DNA of 56,362 nucleotides, filler included, from Piptocephalis cylindrospora (lineage: Eukaryota): the NCBI GenBank assembly GCA_003614145.1. It is 3 parts of 3 records of this genome, joined end to end, with 100 filler letters (N's around TTAATTAATTAA, not from the genome) between each part and the next. Parts side by side here need not be neighbours in the genome. Positions count along the whole stretch, not along the records: positions 37,654 to 56,362 come from KZ987832.1; 2 more parts are not named here. One strand, 5' to 3'. Below are positions 38,236-50,870 of this stretch, in pieces. Below the pieces are notes generated by a model that worked only from the letters and a program-made list of their open reading frames with translations, made no database searches and was not told where the DNA came from. The number at the start of each line of letters is the position of its first letter. Position 1 is the stretch's first letter. Position numbers and translations under genes: made by a program.

Positions 38236-38449
38236 GGAGGGGAAGAGAGGGTAAAAAATAGATGTGCTTCTCCCCATTGATGCGGTGTGATGTTAGCAAG
38301 ATGGACTGACTGATCAAGAATGTACGCAGCCAATGTCATAAGGAGCGTGAGAAGAGGGAAACGAAATTTGTGGGGACCCACATTCTAGGTCTCTTTCTTC
38401 CCTGCACCTTCACGCACAACTAACCTAACCTAGTAGCAAAGTGAAGCTC

Positions 38450-39314
38450 ATGACGAAAGCTACTATGCCATCTGAGCCTAAAGAATCCCCTCGTGCAAGA
38501 AAGGCTGTACAAGAGGATGAGGATGAGGTTAGAGAGAGGTTTCGTCAGCGGCTACGAAGCTACCTCCCAGCATCAAGCTCTACCCCAAAGGAAGACAAGG
38601 TGGGAGCCCATCGTAGCAGCAAACGAACAGCCCCCACCAAGCAAAAAGGCCTTGGGAAAAACTATGCCCCGCCAGAGACGTACGCCCATCTGCCCCAATC
38701 CGTCCCGGACCACCTAGGGCCTAAGCTAAGGATCCTCTTTGTGGGGATTAACCCTGGAGTGGCCTCTGCCAAGGCGAAATGTCACTATGCGAATCCAACC
38801 AATCTTTTTTGGCCATACCTACGGTTATCGGGTAAGGAGAAGGGCAAGGATGGGGGGGGTAACAGGGCATCCTCCTCACTTTACACCGTTCATAGGTCTA
38901 GTCGATGAGACAACGACATTCAAAGATGGGCATATCTTACCCGAAAAGTACGGGCTGGGCCTGACAAATATCGTGTCCAGACCCTCCAAATCGGCTGCAG
39001 AGCTGTCCAAGATGGATTATCAAGAAGGGGCCAAGGTGCTACAAGGGAAGATCCGAGAATGTCAACCGCGTATCGTCTGTTTTGTTGGAAAGGGCATCTA
39101 CGAACATTACACCTCCAGGCCATGTGCTTCCCTAGGGCTCCAGATGCCAGAGGATGCTACCATGGATGACGACGATTCATCGCGACCCAAGCCCAGGGTA
39201 TTTGTCATGCCCAGTACTAGTGGCCTTGCAGCTGGATACTCTCGAGAGGTAAAGAAGGGCTACTTCCATGCTCTTCGAGATCTGCTGGATGAGATAGAGG
39301 GCTCCAAGGAGTAG
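38450..39314 (+). CDS. TDG: G/T-mismatch thymine/uracil DNA glycosylase (TDG/MUG family); intron 38832-38895
   Basis: Motifs ILFVGINPG, HYANPTNLFW, GLTNIVSRP and VFVMPSTSG. Confidence 0.93.
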
Positions 39315-39879
39315 AGGATGGAGGAAGCCTAGGGAAAGGGGATGTACGGCTGTATTTTCAGTGGTATTATTACTCAATGCAGCGTTAGAAGAGATAGGGT
39401 TACTAGGGTTAGTGAGCTGAATGATCAATCTATTCGTCTGACCATGATGGATGGATAAAGCAAGGACTACTTTGTGTCCTGCTCTTTCCCCTCTCTGCCC
39501 TTCATCTTTGAGCCTCCGTTGCTCTACAACAATGTCTAGTCCCGCCCGCCCGTCCGCTCAGTATCATGATTTCATATCAAAGGACCATGATCTTATAGAT
39601 AGGATACACCCTCGCAAGCAACATTGATCGATCACTCAACCGCCACTGAGACCCCTGCTGTTCATAACCCATTCATTCCTACACAAGATTCTTTTATGTT
39701 CCAGGAAGAGAGAGGCACAGGAGATATAAAAGGAAGTGGCCTTTCATGGAGGAGAGCTGGGCTGTTGCTTCAAGAGAAAGGAATCCGGGAGTCACATTGG
39801 CGTGTGGGCAGTGACAGGCATAAGGCTCCTTCTCTCCCCTCTTTTTTTTCCTTTTGTCTCCCTCGTCCTCTCCTCCCCA

Positions 39880-40680
39880 ATGTCACAAGGCCCAAGACCC
39901 TCAGGTATCCGCACGTTGCCCACCCCCGATGCCACCAGATACATTCCAGAGTCTCGTCGACCCGATGGATCTCTTCGACCGGCCCGTCGGGTTAAGGAAG
40001 GATATGTTCCTCCTGAGGACATTGCCAAGTATACCGTGAGACGAGGAGGGCTTGGAGGGCCCCGTAGTCCAGGTCTGGGCGGTCTCCGTAGCCCAGGTTT
40101 AAATGGACCTCGCAGTCCGGGCGGATCCCATTATTCAAGTCCAGACGGGCCGAAATCCTCAGTATCAGGTATAGTATCAGGTGAACTAAGAAGAGAGCCC
40201 TTGGATAGAGATCGGTCAAGGATTTCATCTCTTGATGACCCAGGCAGGGCCTCTTCGGCCTCTCCATTTGATGATCCAGTCAAAAATTCTACATCTTTAC
40301 CCCTTGATGATGCAGTCAAGACGCTTACAACATCTCCATTTGATGATCCAGTCAAGGCCCCGTCAGCAGTCAAGTCCAGATCACCTGAAAAAGATGTAAT
40401 TCATTTTCAAAAGGCCTTACAAGGGATATTGAAGGAGAAGAAGGGGGCTCCAAAGGAGGAGAGGAAGGCCCCAGAGAAGGCGACCGAGGAAAAGAAGCTC
40501 GCTGAGAAAGAATCGCTGGCAGATCCAGAGCGGAGAGTAAAAACAATCCGGAAAAAGCTGCGACAGATCCAAGAGATCCAAGAAAAGGTGGATAAGGAAG
40601 AGGAAGTGCTACCGGAGCAAAGGAGTAGATTGGATGGGGTTAAAGCGCTGGAGGAGGAGCTGGCCTCGTTAACCTTGTGA
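39880..40680 (+). CDS. PYM1: Partner of Y14-Mago (PYM/WIBG)
   Basis: YIPESRRPDGSLRPARRVKEGYVP domain and a C-terminal KTIRKKLRQIQEI coiled coil. Confidence 0.9.
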   Translation: MSQGPRPSGIRTLPTPDATRYIPESRRPDGSLRPARRVKEGYVPPEDIAKYTVRRGGLGGPRSPGLGGLRSPGLNGPRSPGGSHYSSPDGPKSSVSGIVSGELRREPLDRDRSRISSLDDPGRASSASPFDDPVKNSTSLPLDDAVKTLTTSPFDDPVKAPSAVKSRSPEKDVIHFQKALQGILKEKKGAPKEERKAPEKATEEKKLAEKESLADPERRVKTIRKKLRQIQEIQEKVDKEEEVLPEQRSRLDGVKALEEELASLTL

Positions 40681-41041
40681 ACGGGGTCTGGTGCGAATGG
40701 CTTGTAAGATGACAGATGTTGCTTTTAGAGACAGGTGGGTGGTGGGGGAGGAGGGAGTGTAGCACTGTGATAATGATCGCGATTCATTCTTCAGTATGAC
40801 GCCTATCGATTTGTTGTGGTGTGACTAGACAGTCATTGTGTTGTGTTTAGATGCACATTCGTCTACTTTAATTGAGGAGAATAAAAGGGTCTTTTGATCG
40901 TCATCGTACCCGTTGCCGAGCATGTCGAGGGACCAAGAGAAGTATTAAAAAAGAGGGAATCAGTTGCACAATATATGTTATCAAGCTAGATAAAGTACAC
41001 AGGTGTGCACAGACAAGGAGGGAGGAGGGGAGCTTTCTCCT

Positions 41042-42358
41042 CTATACATCCAGTGGGCGCTTCCGTTTGGATTGATTGGAGGTGGAGGTGGACTGAGGGG
41101 AGAGAGAGGAGGGAGGAAAAGGAGAAGGGGGGGGGGAAGAGGAGGAGGGGGAAGTGGTGTGAGGAACGAAGGAAAAGTCGGGGTTGGACTCGACCAGCTG
41201 GGTGTAGTACTCCTGAAGGATGGCATCGGAGCTGATGACCTGCCAGGAGAGACCAAAGAGGAGCTCGAGCTCGAGGGCATTGACCTCGACCAGGTTGACG
41301 CCGCCTACGCGGGCATAATGGCCGTTTGTGCTATAAATATCATTCCAAGCTTTGCATCCCACGACGACGCTGGCACACAGGAAGCGATGGACGGTAAGGG
41401 AGGAGAGGGCAAAGTGGGGATGGTGGGCGCAGAAGCGGTCGATGTAGATGAGGAAGGAGATGAGGATGGTGGGGTGGATGTGGGCGTACTTGATGAAACG
41501 GATAATGTAAGCGTCGATGGAGATGTTTGGGGGGGCACGGGAATGAAAGCGGGTCAGAGCCGAGGGAGAGGGAGGGGGCAAGGGGTCATTGATGGCGACA
41601 ATATTTTGGACCATGTGAATGACCAATCTGGCGATGACGAGGGTTGAGGCGTCGGCAAAGGAAGCGGGGACCAAGGTGGTGGTGGTGGTGGTGGCGGTGG
41701 TGGTAGGATGGGAGGAGGATTGAGAGGGGGAGGAGGAGATGGAGGGGGTGGCGGGCGCAGGAGGATGATCGGGGGAGGAGAAGGTTGGGGTGATCATGGA
41801 GGGGGGAACGGGATGGGACTGAGGTTGAGGGTGAGATGATCGATCAAGAGAGGTAGTGGTGCCACCGGGGGGTGTAGAAGAGGAGTCTTTTCGAGGTATG
41901 GACCGGTCCCTTCCAGACATGGACTCGAAGTTTCCAGACATGGATCTGATGTGTCCGGGTATAGATGCACGATTTCCAGGGGTGGAATGACCAGAGGGGG
42001 AGTGACCAGGGGGGGAATAGGAGGTGGTCGGGGAGACAAGGCAGGTGGTCATGGTGGGAGTGTTGGTGGTGGAGGAAGGAAGAGTCGAGGAAGAGTGGGA
42101 GGATGGACGTGATGAACGAGGCGCCATGGAAGAGTGTCTTGCAACAATGGATGGGGATCTTGAGGGAGAGAAAGACAAAGAAGAAGAAGAAGAAGAGGAG
42201 GGCCTAGGGGAAGGGATGGGGCCAGATCGGGTGGTGGGGGAAGGAGGAGGCGGAGGGTGGTTATCCAAGGTTGTGGGCCCGGAAACAGGTCTCCTTGTCT
42301 CGACTACCCCTGTTCTGTGAGAATGTTGTGGAAAGCACGGAGTGTGTGCCAAGTCCAT
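41042..42358 (-). CDS. Pho80/Pcl-type cyclin with a disordered N-terminus
   Basis: Motifs LTRFHSRAPPNISIDAYIIR, LIYIDR, SLTVHRFL and YARVGGV...NALELELL. Confidence 0.9.
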   Translation of the reverse strand: MDLAHTPCFPQHSHRTGVVETRRPVSGPTTLDNHPPPPPSPTTRSGPIPSPRPSSSSSSSLSFSPSRSPSIVARHSSMAPRSSRPSSHSSSTLPSSTTNTPTMTTCLVSPTTSYSPPGHSPSGHSTPGNRASIPGHIRSMSGNFESMSGRDRSIPRKDSSSTPPGGTTTSLDRSSHPQPQSHPVPPSMITPTFSSPDHPPAPATPSISSSPSQSSSHPTTTATTTTTTLVPASFADASTLVIARLVIHMVQNIVAINDPLPPPSPSALTRFHSRAPPNISIDAYIIRFIKYAHIHPTILISFLIYIDRFCAHHPHFALSSLTVHRFLCASVVVGCKAWNDIYSTNGHYARVGGVNLVEVNALELELLFGLSWQVISSDAILQEYYTQLVESNPDFSFVPHTTSPSSSSPPPSPFPPSSLSPQSTSTSNQSKRKRPLDV

Positions 42359-42719
42359 CGAGTGGATAAGGATGGGATGGGATGAAGGATGAAGTGAGAA
42401 GAGAAGAGAAGAGGTGACCAGAGTGACAAGGAAAGGGGGGGAGGGGGCCAAGCGATAGGAACCAGTCAGCTCACACGAGTCAAGGAAGGGCAAGGACTGG
42501 TGGATCCAGGCTGGGGGGGTGGGGAGGGGAGGGGAGGAGAGGGGGGAGGGGAAAGGGAGAAGGGGAAGAGGGATGGCGCGCGGCCCAGATCGTAATCTCC
42601 TACCACCCTTAAATATCTCGCTGTGTCTGTGTTGTGTATGAACTCCCTTCCCCACCCTCTCCACATCTCCCTGTGTCTTTTGCTTCACGCGTGCATGAAC
42701 CCGGGGGGGCTTTGGCAGA

Positions 42720-42753
<34 letters not shown>

Positions 42754-42754
42754 T
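42720..42754. repeat. (TG)n microsatellite
   Basis: Read directly from the sequence. Confidence 0.95.
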
Positions 42755-44097
42755 TCTGCCAAGCTGTGGTAGATGAATGTTCCACATACATTATCTCTCT
42801 CTCTCTCCCTCACTCCCTATAAAGGACACGCGCGCCGACACATCGGCTGCGGAAAAGTGTGCTGCTGCTGCTACTACTGCCAGGAGCTCACTCACTCACT
42901 CACTCGTTCACCCAGAGAAAGTACCGATATTTCACTGTAAAGAATGACGGAGTATGAGTGTAGATGCATGTCCCCCGTATTTCCCAGACAGAGAGATAGA
43001 GGGGGGAGCGTTGGACCCTGAGGTCTTTCCCGCTCAACTGAACAAATCAATGGCCATGATCTCTGGTCATGGAGGTGGATGGTTGAGTGTATGAGCCTGC
43101 GGCCGTGCCTGCCGCTGCTTTACATTCTCTCTCTCTCTCTCCCTGCCCCTCTGGATGTACCTGCTACGCACATGTGCTGCTGTCCCTGATAAGACATCTC
43201 TATCAAAAAAGAGGGGATGATGATTGAGGGGCGGGGATGACGCTTTTCTCTCTAGAGGCTGAATGCAGCAAGGGTAGCAACAACAACATGATATTTTCCC
43301 CTATCATTTTCATCCAAGCTACCTATACTGAACGACAGAAAAAGGACCCTGCTTTCTCTGTTCCTATCTCTCTTCCTCTCTCTGTCACTTTCTTTCTCTT
43401 TCCACTCATCCAAGCTCATGAACCCCCACGTGCATCCCTGCTCCTTCCGCTCCGTAACACGTCGGGTTCATGATAGGTTGTGAAAGGGTGGAGAGGATAC
43501 AGGATACACATACTGCTGCTAGTGTGCAGTGAGCAGCCCCCCCTCCCTTGAGGCCATCAATAGTGCTCAGCCACACCACCTCCTTGCTTACCCGTCGTGT
43601 CCTTCCCTATGTCCATCACACGGACATTCGAGTCAGGCCGAGAGGGATAGGCGTGTGGGGGGGTAATGGCAATGAAGGGTGCGGTGGGGCGAGAGAGATC
43701 AATCATCGCCCCTCCACCATTAGGGCCAATCAGTCACAGTACACGCCCCTCAACTGTCTTGCAGTGTCAAAGCCCCTTCAAATAACACTAAAATGTGGAA
43801 ATAACGCTTATTTTTAAAACGAACCTTACGCTTTAACAAGACCAAAAACCGGAGGGGCGTCGAGAGCCCCCCCACCACTATCTCCCTTTGTAGGCGTGTA
43901 TTGTACCGGGGTGCGGCACACACGACGAAACACATCTTTTGGAAAAAGTGTCTCGCGTACGTCCGCGCGTAAAGACAGGACGCTGCACACAGTACCCGTG
44001 GGCCTTTCTATCCTTTTCTTCTCTCACCGTCCTCACTTTCCTTCCCATCTTCATCCTCACTTCTCTTCCCGTCTTCATCCTCACCTCTCTTGTCATT

Positions 44098-45204
44098 ATG
44101 CCCTGCAAAACTCTTTTGGCCGGAACCATTGCCGCTCCCTTTCGGTAAGTCATCTCGTCCCATCGGCATCCCTCCCTCGTCCTATCCTCCTCCCATCCTC
44201 ATCCCCATCCCATCCTCCCATCCTCATCCCCATCCCATCCTCCCATCCTCATCCCCATCTCATCCTCCCATCCTCATCCCCATCCCATCCTCCCATCCTC
44301 CCATTCTCATCCCTCTAGCTCGGAGCTCAAGGAGGAAATCGCTAAAAGTGGCATCGCTCCCCTCCTCGTAGGATTCCTGGCTAACGAGGACCCTGCCGCT
44401 AGAAAATACGCTGAATGGACGGCAAAGACGTGTGAGGAAACAGGCGTGCGATTTGAACTGAGGGAATGCCCCAGGGAACGTCTGGAGGAAAAGGTGGTCG
44501 AGGCTAATGAGGATCCCAAGGTCAATGGTATCATGGTCTACTACCCGGTCTTTGGCGATCGTCAGGATCAATACCTGCAGAATGTCGTCAGTACCTCCAA
44601 GGACGTGGAGGGTCTGACCCACAAGTACGTCTACAACATGTACCACAACATCCGATACTTGGATGAGGCCGAATCTCGCAAGTGCATCGTCCCTTGCACC
44701 CCCCTGGCCTGCATCAAGGTCCTGGAACATCTTTCTGTCTACAATGCCGTCCTTCCCTACGGGAACCGTCTTCACGGTCGTACCATTGTCATTGTCAATC
44801 GGTCCGAGGTGGTTGGTCGGCCTCTTGCTGCCCTTCTCGCTAACGATGGTGCTCGTGTCCTTTCTGTCGATGTCAACGATGTCAAGGAATTCCACCGGGG
44901 CCCTGGTATCTCTCTGTCCCGCCACGAGGTCACCGAGACCGATTACCAGCTTGCCGATGTCCTCCCCCTGGCTGATGTCATCATCACCGGCGTCCCCTCC
45001 CCCTCCTTCAAAATCCGCACTGAGGCCCTCAAGGACGGTGTCGTTGCCGTCAACTTTAGCACCGCCAAGAACTTTAATGATGACATCAAGTCCCGTGCCT
45101 CCCTTTACGTCCCCTCTGTCGGTAAGGTCACCGTGGCCATGCTTCAAAGAAACCTTCTTCGGCTCTACGCCTACCAGCAGGAAGAGTCCTCTTCCAAGGC
45201 ATGA
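44098..45204 (+). CDS. MTD1: NAD-dependent methylenetetrahydrofolate dehydrogenase; intron 44145-44318
   Basis: Motifs LVGFLANEDPAARKYAEWT, GIMVYYPVFG, KDVEGL, PCTPLA and NRSEVVGRPLAALLANDGA. Confidence 0.95.
44189..44300 (+). repeat. 25-bp intronic minisatellite, about 4.5 copies
   Basis: Unit cctcccatcctcatccccatcccat. Confidence 0.92.
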
Positions 45205-45519
45205 GCTGATCCAATCGCTTTATTTCGATCTACATCTCTGTGTATGTGGGTTTGTGTGTGTGTGTGTGTGTGTCATGGATAAAACCGTAGATCATCAAGG
45301 AAAACAGCATGCATGCATTCACCTATGAGAAAATTCAAACCAGCCTGTCTTATACACACATACTTCAGTTACAAATGAAACTCCTCATCATTTCCAGTCA
45401 AAGAATTGTCGTGTGACACCTTCGACACTGCTGACGTTGTCTTCTGGGGCCACAGCAACTGGAGAACGGAAGCAAGGTCCAGGTCCATGGATCTAGATGA
45501 GTGTAATACGGCATAATCA

Positions 45520-45837
45520 TTACGACAGAATAAGTAGCAGTGAATCCCTTATAGATGCAAACAATATCCTACTCATAAAAGCCATCCATCCGCGAGACTG
45601 AGCTACCCAGTCATGATCCAATCCAGAGAGGCAATACCCAGACCCATCGGGTCGAACAAGTACCTGGACCACCCGGGGATCCAGGTAGGAGACCGAAGTA
45701 AAGGATGACTCTGGAGATATGGATGGATACGACCTTTGGGAGGTAGGATAGAGTAACGGCGTGGTCTCCTCCTCGACGGACGTGGTCCTTTCCACGGAAC
45801 AGTGACTGCTCGAATGGGAAGTAAGCGGTGTGTTCAT
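45520..45837 (-). CDS. Hypothetical small protein
   Basis: An ORF with an acidic dileucine-like EEETTPLL and a pyrimidine-rich leader. No family recognised. Confidence 0.3.
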   Translation of the reverse strand: MNTPLTSHSSSHCSVERTTSVEEETTPLLYPTSQRSYPSISPESSFTSVSYLDPRVVQVLVRPDGSGYCLSGLDHDWVAQSRGWMAFMSRILFASIRDSLLLILS

Positions 45838-46048
45838 GAAAGCAGTGATGATCAATGGAGGGGGAAAAGAAGCAAGGAGACAGGAGGGAGAATGGGATCA
45901 TCAGGATGTGGGAATCCGTTCTTTCTCTCTCTATTTATTGATTGTCCTTTTGAGCCATAGAGGACATTCTCACACAAGGAACATCAGCCCCCTCTTTGTT
46001 ATATTGTAGTGTCTTCCCCCCACAGTTCCAAACAAGCCATCATCACAT

Positions 46049-46104
<56 letters not shown>

Positions 46105-46132
46105 ACATACATACATGCATACATACCATACA
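46049..46132. repeat. (CA)n/(CATA)n compound microsatellite
   Basis: Read directly from the sequence. Confidence 0.95.
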
Positions 46133-46235
46133 TCAGCATATCCCACACATAAGAACAAGCATGATCCGTTTTCAATATCTTAATCCATCAAAGTGCATCT
46201 ATTCACATACACACACCCTCCCCTCCTCTCAATAA

Positions 46236-48026
46236 TTATCTCAAGGTAGAGTCAATGGGAAAGTGAAAGGCCCCCTCCTCATCCTCATCCCCACTCGAAT
46301 CGTCCCCGTACAGGAACGTCCTCTCCACTGTATCCACATCCAGAATCCGTTGGCCCACCCCCATTCCCCGTTCCCGTTCCCGCGCCGCCTCCTCCTTGGC
46401 CCTGGCCTCAGCTACTGGCACCACCTCGCATCCTCCCCCCTTGACTTGCGTCCTGGACCCAGAGTCAAGCATGACCAGATCAAATTCATCCTCTGGTTCA
46501 TGGTACATCTTGTTCTCCTCCAACTCCTGGAACCCTGGCGCATAAGCCGTCCAGCTCTCCTCCCGTTCAATCGTCCAGATGTACACCCTTCCCGCCGATG
46601 ACACCGTCAGCATCTGCGCCACATATGGGTGCCACGCAATGTCAATCACCGTTTCCCGCGGCCCCTCCAGCATCTTGACCAGGTTCCCCCCCTTTCGATC
46701 ATACAGAAACACATTGTGCTCAGCCAGATGAGCCGATCCTACCCAGGGATATAGAACGTGAGTGTGAGTGGAAGATGATAAGGCATATGCGCAAGGGAAA
46801 GAGGACGGCGCACCAGTATGTCTAAAGAGCAACATTACACCAAGAAACTTTGAGTAACCAACCTACCTCCAAACACATACTCTCCATCTGGAGTAAAACC
46901 ACACTGATTCCATTGTTGTCGGTCCACATGTTCCTGGAATCGGAAGCGTGTCTCCAAAGTCTTGGATTCTTTAGACCAAGCCAACAGTCGCATGGTTTTA
47001 TCCATGGCATTAAGAAGTATTTCGCTGTGTGGAAGGGATCAAGAACAAGGTGTGATGAGATGAGATAAGAGGGATACACAGCCCATCTCTTCCTCTCTTT
47101 CTTTCTTTCCCTCTCTCTCTCTCTCTCTCTCTTTCTCAGTCACTTACCCCCCTTGCCGGGAAACACGGATGTGCCGAATAGCGGCGCTCACCACCCTCTC
47201 CACCATCATCACGGACTGATCCTCGGTCCTTAAGATGACCACGCGACCCAATCGACTCCCCATCACAATGGAATCACCCTGATGGGTAAATACGGCATAC
47301 GTTACACTATCCTGTCTGAATGGGAAGTAACATTGAGAAAGAAGTCACACAATATCCCCACTGATTCTCTCACCTCTCGGCTTTCCCCTGGACCACAGGA
47401 AAGGGCGGAAGGGTCAACGGGGTTCTCGATACCTCCCTGCCTCTTGCCGTGCATCGAATGAGCACTGCTGGCCCGAGCAAGGGAGCTACCAAGATCAAAG
47501 TACTATCAGTACAGGAAAATTTAGCTGTTATACCCATCATCAGTATTCCTTCGCTCTCCCCCTCCCTTACCTATCCCTGGGATGGATCGAAGCCGTGAGA
47601 ATGGGGGCAGGGAAGAGAAAGGTACCCCGACGGAAACCTCCAGGTTTCGTCAAGTCCCATAGGATGCACCCTCCATCCTCCCCAGTGGTCAGCAAGAGTC
47701 GAGAGTCCCGGGACCACGAGAGACTGGACACTGATGTCGCATGTCCATCCAATCGCACCACCACCCGGCCCGTCAGCATATCCCAGATATGGCACGCGCC
47801 CCGGTCATGCCCAATGGCCACATGCGTTCCTCGACGATTAAAGCATAGCCTCACCGCATCCGGCGAGTCTTGTTGCCCCTCTTCCTCCCCATCTTCCTCC
47901 CCCTCATGCAAAGTCCCCGTAATAGCCTCTGGGTAGTTCTGAGGGTGTGGAGCTATAATATCGTGAAATGAGTTAATATGACTTGGAGAAAAGGGCAAGT
48001 GACTTACGAAGTAGTTCCAAGTTCAT
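46236..48026 (-). CDS. SWD1: COMPASS WD40 subunit Swd1/RBBP5, multi-exon
   Basis: MNLELL then an intron then PPHPQNYPE; FNRRG; GHATSVSSLSWSRDSR; LVKMLEGPRE; WTAYAPGFQELEEN...EDEFD. Confidence 0.92.
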
Positions 48027-48309
48027 CGTGGATAGGACAATATAGGCTGCAAAAAGGAGAGGAAAAGGAAGGGGGGTAGGACGGTATATCTCTGTCTCTC
48101 ACATTTCTTTATAATGATCTATTAACGCATGCAAGTGTAGAAAAAGTATTTGTTATTGTTGTTCAAAAATGCGCATTACATCTTCCTAAGAAATTGCATC
48201 TCACGGGCAATAAAGTCAAACAAAGGTAAACCCGCCTTTGTTGACCTCTCCTCCATAGCCATCTTCCGCATCTTTATCGTCATCCTCCTCCCCCTCACTG
48301 GTAATCATC

Positions 48310-49794
48310 ATGAGTCAAAGCCGTCGACGTACACGTGTAAGCCATCCAAAAGAGACTCAAGAAAAACACTTTTTAATATCAACAGGAATTTCTTCTCAAA
48401 TAGTCCCAGATCGTAGAGGAACCGGAAGAGGAAAGTCATCATAGGTCCCAACGACCCAGGACCTTTGCGGCGTCAAACGCGGTCAACATCATCACCAGCG
48501 ATTCTGAGGACGAGGTAGACAATCACCCTCCACCTAGAACTGTCGATGAACCCTTTGGATTATCCACAAGAAACTTTGCCTATCAGGTTCCTCAGGCCAG
48601 CTTTGGCAAACCGGGCAGTACCCTAGATCCAGAGGTACGCATAGATGTGTCGGCGCGAGTTCTTATTACACAATTTAATCACCATCCCCTCTCCCCCAAG
48701 GGCAGGTGGTTAAAAGGCAAGGCAAGAAGCTGGCTCGATTGGCTATTTGTGCTGAAAATCGACGCGTTCCCCTGAAACGAGAGGAGATGATTAAGCTAGG
48801 TGAGGTTATTGACAGCTTGGAATTTGTGATGGATCCCCCATCCTCATCCTTTAACATCGTTGTGTAGTTTGTCCGGAAGAAGGGTACCAGCTAAGGACGT
48901 ACCTCGCAGAGGCTCAAAAACACCTTCGTAGGGTCTTTGGGATGGAGTTGGTGGAGTATCCCCATAAAGAACAAAGACATTCCTCCACTAGAGCACGTCG
49001 TAAGTATCTAGTGATGATATTTTGATCGATTCACCCTGCTGATCTCCGGCCCCGCCCTCCTTTCAGCCGCCCTTCGTCCCCCTCAACCCACCAAAACATA
49101 TACACTACGATCCATCCTACCACCCGTTGTCCTGGAGGACATTGCCCCAGTCATCCCAAGAGACTCAGATATGTTGGGTTTGGGCATGACTCTACTTTCC
49201 CTTATCTACGTCAATGGCCTTTCCATGACGGATGGTACGATAAATTACAAAAGAGAAGGAGGATATCACCCTGTCCTAACCAGCCACCCCAAATTCTTCT
49301 TTCCTGTAGCCTCCTTGAGAAAGTACTTGAGAATTCTAGGAGCACCGTTGACTGAAGATGATGGGATCATTCTGGGACTAATGAGTCACCCCTCCTCTTC
49401 AACCACATCCTCCTCTCAACGTCGCACCACCCTCGGATATTCCCAGAGCTTGGCCAGGAGGGTGGATGCTGATAAATCATCACCCATCGGGATGATCCGA
49501 CGCCTTGTCCAACAAGGCTACTTGGAGAGGTGCACTGTGGATGGAACTCGAACCGATCCTTCGGTCCCCGAGCAGTATTTGTGGAAGTGGGGTCCACGGG
49601 CCAAGGTGGAGATATCAGAAAAGACTATTCTTCACTTTATTGAAAAGGTATGTAGGATTGGCCCTTGGGAATGCCCGACCCCGTCTCATCCCATCCTTTT
49701 ATAGATGTTTGGGGAGGATTCCACGACGGAATTACTTATGGCAGCCCAAAAGGCCAGTCGGTTGGATGAGGCCACTGGAGAGACGGAACAGTAG
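48310..49794 (+). CDS. NSE3: MAGE-domain SMC5/6 subunit Nse3, multi-exon
   Basis: Exons translate to LARLAICAENRRVPLKRE, AQKHLRRVFGMELVE, KTYTLRSIL, LVQQGYLER and WKWGPRAKVE. Confidence 0.85.
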
Positions 49795-50010
49795 ATGTAC
49801 GCGAGCTCCTTTAAGATACTCATCTTTTCAATATCAATGCATTCTACAATCTCTATTCTTTTGCTCTCAAGACATTCTATAACCTCCATCTTTTCAGCAT
49901 GAATGCGCTCCATGATCCTCATTCTTTCACTAGCAACAGATCATATAAGCTTCATCATTTCAGTATACATTGTACGTTGTCCACGGATAAAACCAACATC
50001 CCCTTACATT

Positions 50011-50241
50011 CTATATCTTAAATCCAAGATCGCGAAGACACTGTTTGTGTGCACGGATCAGGTCAGCACACGCTTCCTCATCTCCCTTTTCTAGCATACA
50101 CTGATCCCGGACGCGCTTCGTATCTGGACACGCGCAGCACGGCTTAAGCGGGTTCCCCTCCTCATCCAGGGGCTGACCCTTCTCGTTCCGACGAATCGTC
50201 TTGGTAGGTGGGGGCACTGGAGTGCTGGAGGTATTTCCCAT
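50011..50241 (-). CDS. COX17: Mitochondrial copper chaperone Cox17
   Basis: [16 protein letters not shown]...[17 protein letters not shown] (CCxC plus twin CX9C). Confidence 0.95.
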   Translation of the reverse strand: MGNTSSTPVPPPTKTIRRNEKGQPLDEEGNPLKPCCACPDTKRVRDQCMLEKGDEEACADLIRAHKQCLRDLGFKI

Positions 50242-50870
50242 GGTGAGTAAGTGAGTGATGGATGTTGTTTGTGGGGGAAAGGAAGGATTGAGCTTTTTCA
50301 GACCGAGCAGCTCCCGTGGTACGTTCATTCCCCCCGAGGCATTTATCTGTCGCTGTCGTGCTTGGACAATATAGTGGTGATTTTTGGAGATGCACATGTC
50401 CCCCCCTTTCCGTTCCTGCCTCATCTACACATACACACACAGTCAGGGTCGGGAGGTCTCGGAGGTGGGATATATTATGTACCCTGCTTATAAACCCGAC
50501 CTCCTGTCCCACACACCTATCGTTGGGGAGTAAAAGAGTGAATTTAAGGTTGAAAATTCATCGGGGAACCACGGTTTTATCGCTGTGTGCGTTGAGGAGA
50601 TCGTGACATCAGTCCGTCCTCCTCTCTCCACCAATAATTTGAGGCAAGAGGGGATGGTCCAAAATTGAACCCCATCTCCTCTCCAAGGATCACGCTAGGA
50701 AGGATCGGGCCATGGGGCGAATGCGCTCAAGAAAACTATCATGCAAGGATCGGACCCCTAGTCCTTTTCCACTACATATCATGCTCTGAATGAGCCAGAT
50801 GACACTGAAGTTGAAATGAGCGTATTACTCTTCCCCCCGTCTCCCATCCTTATAACTCTTCCTTCGAGAG

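Noticed and set aside
39395..39412. Telomere-like TAGGGTTA twice
   Set aside because: Only two imperfect units in a 3' flank.
44260..45147. 295-aa antisense ORF over MTD1
   Set aside because: A shadow of the strong C-ending codon bias.
26188..49794. Apparent chromatin/repair cluster (TAF2, SAS3, TDG, SWD1, NSE3)
   Set aside because: It spans an artificial linker between unrelated contigs.
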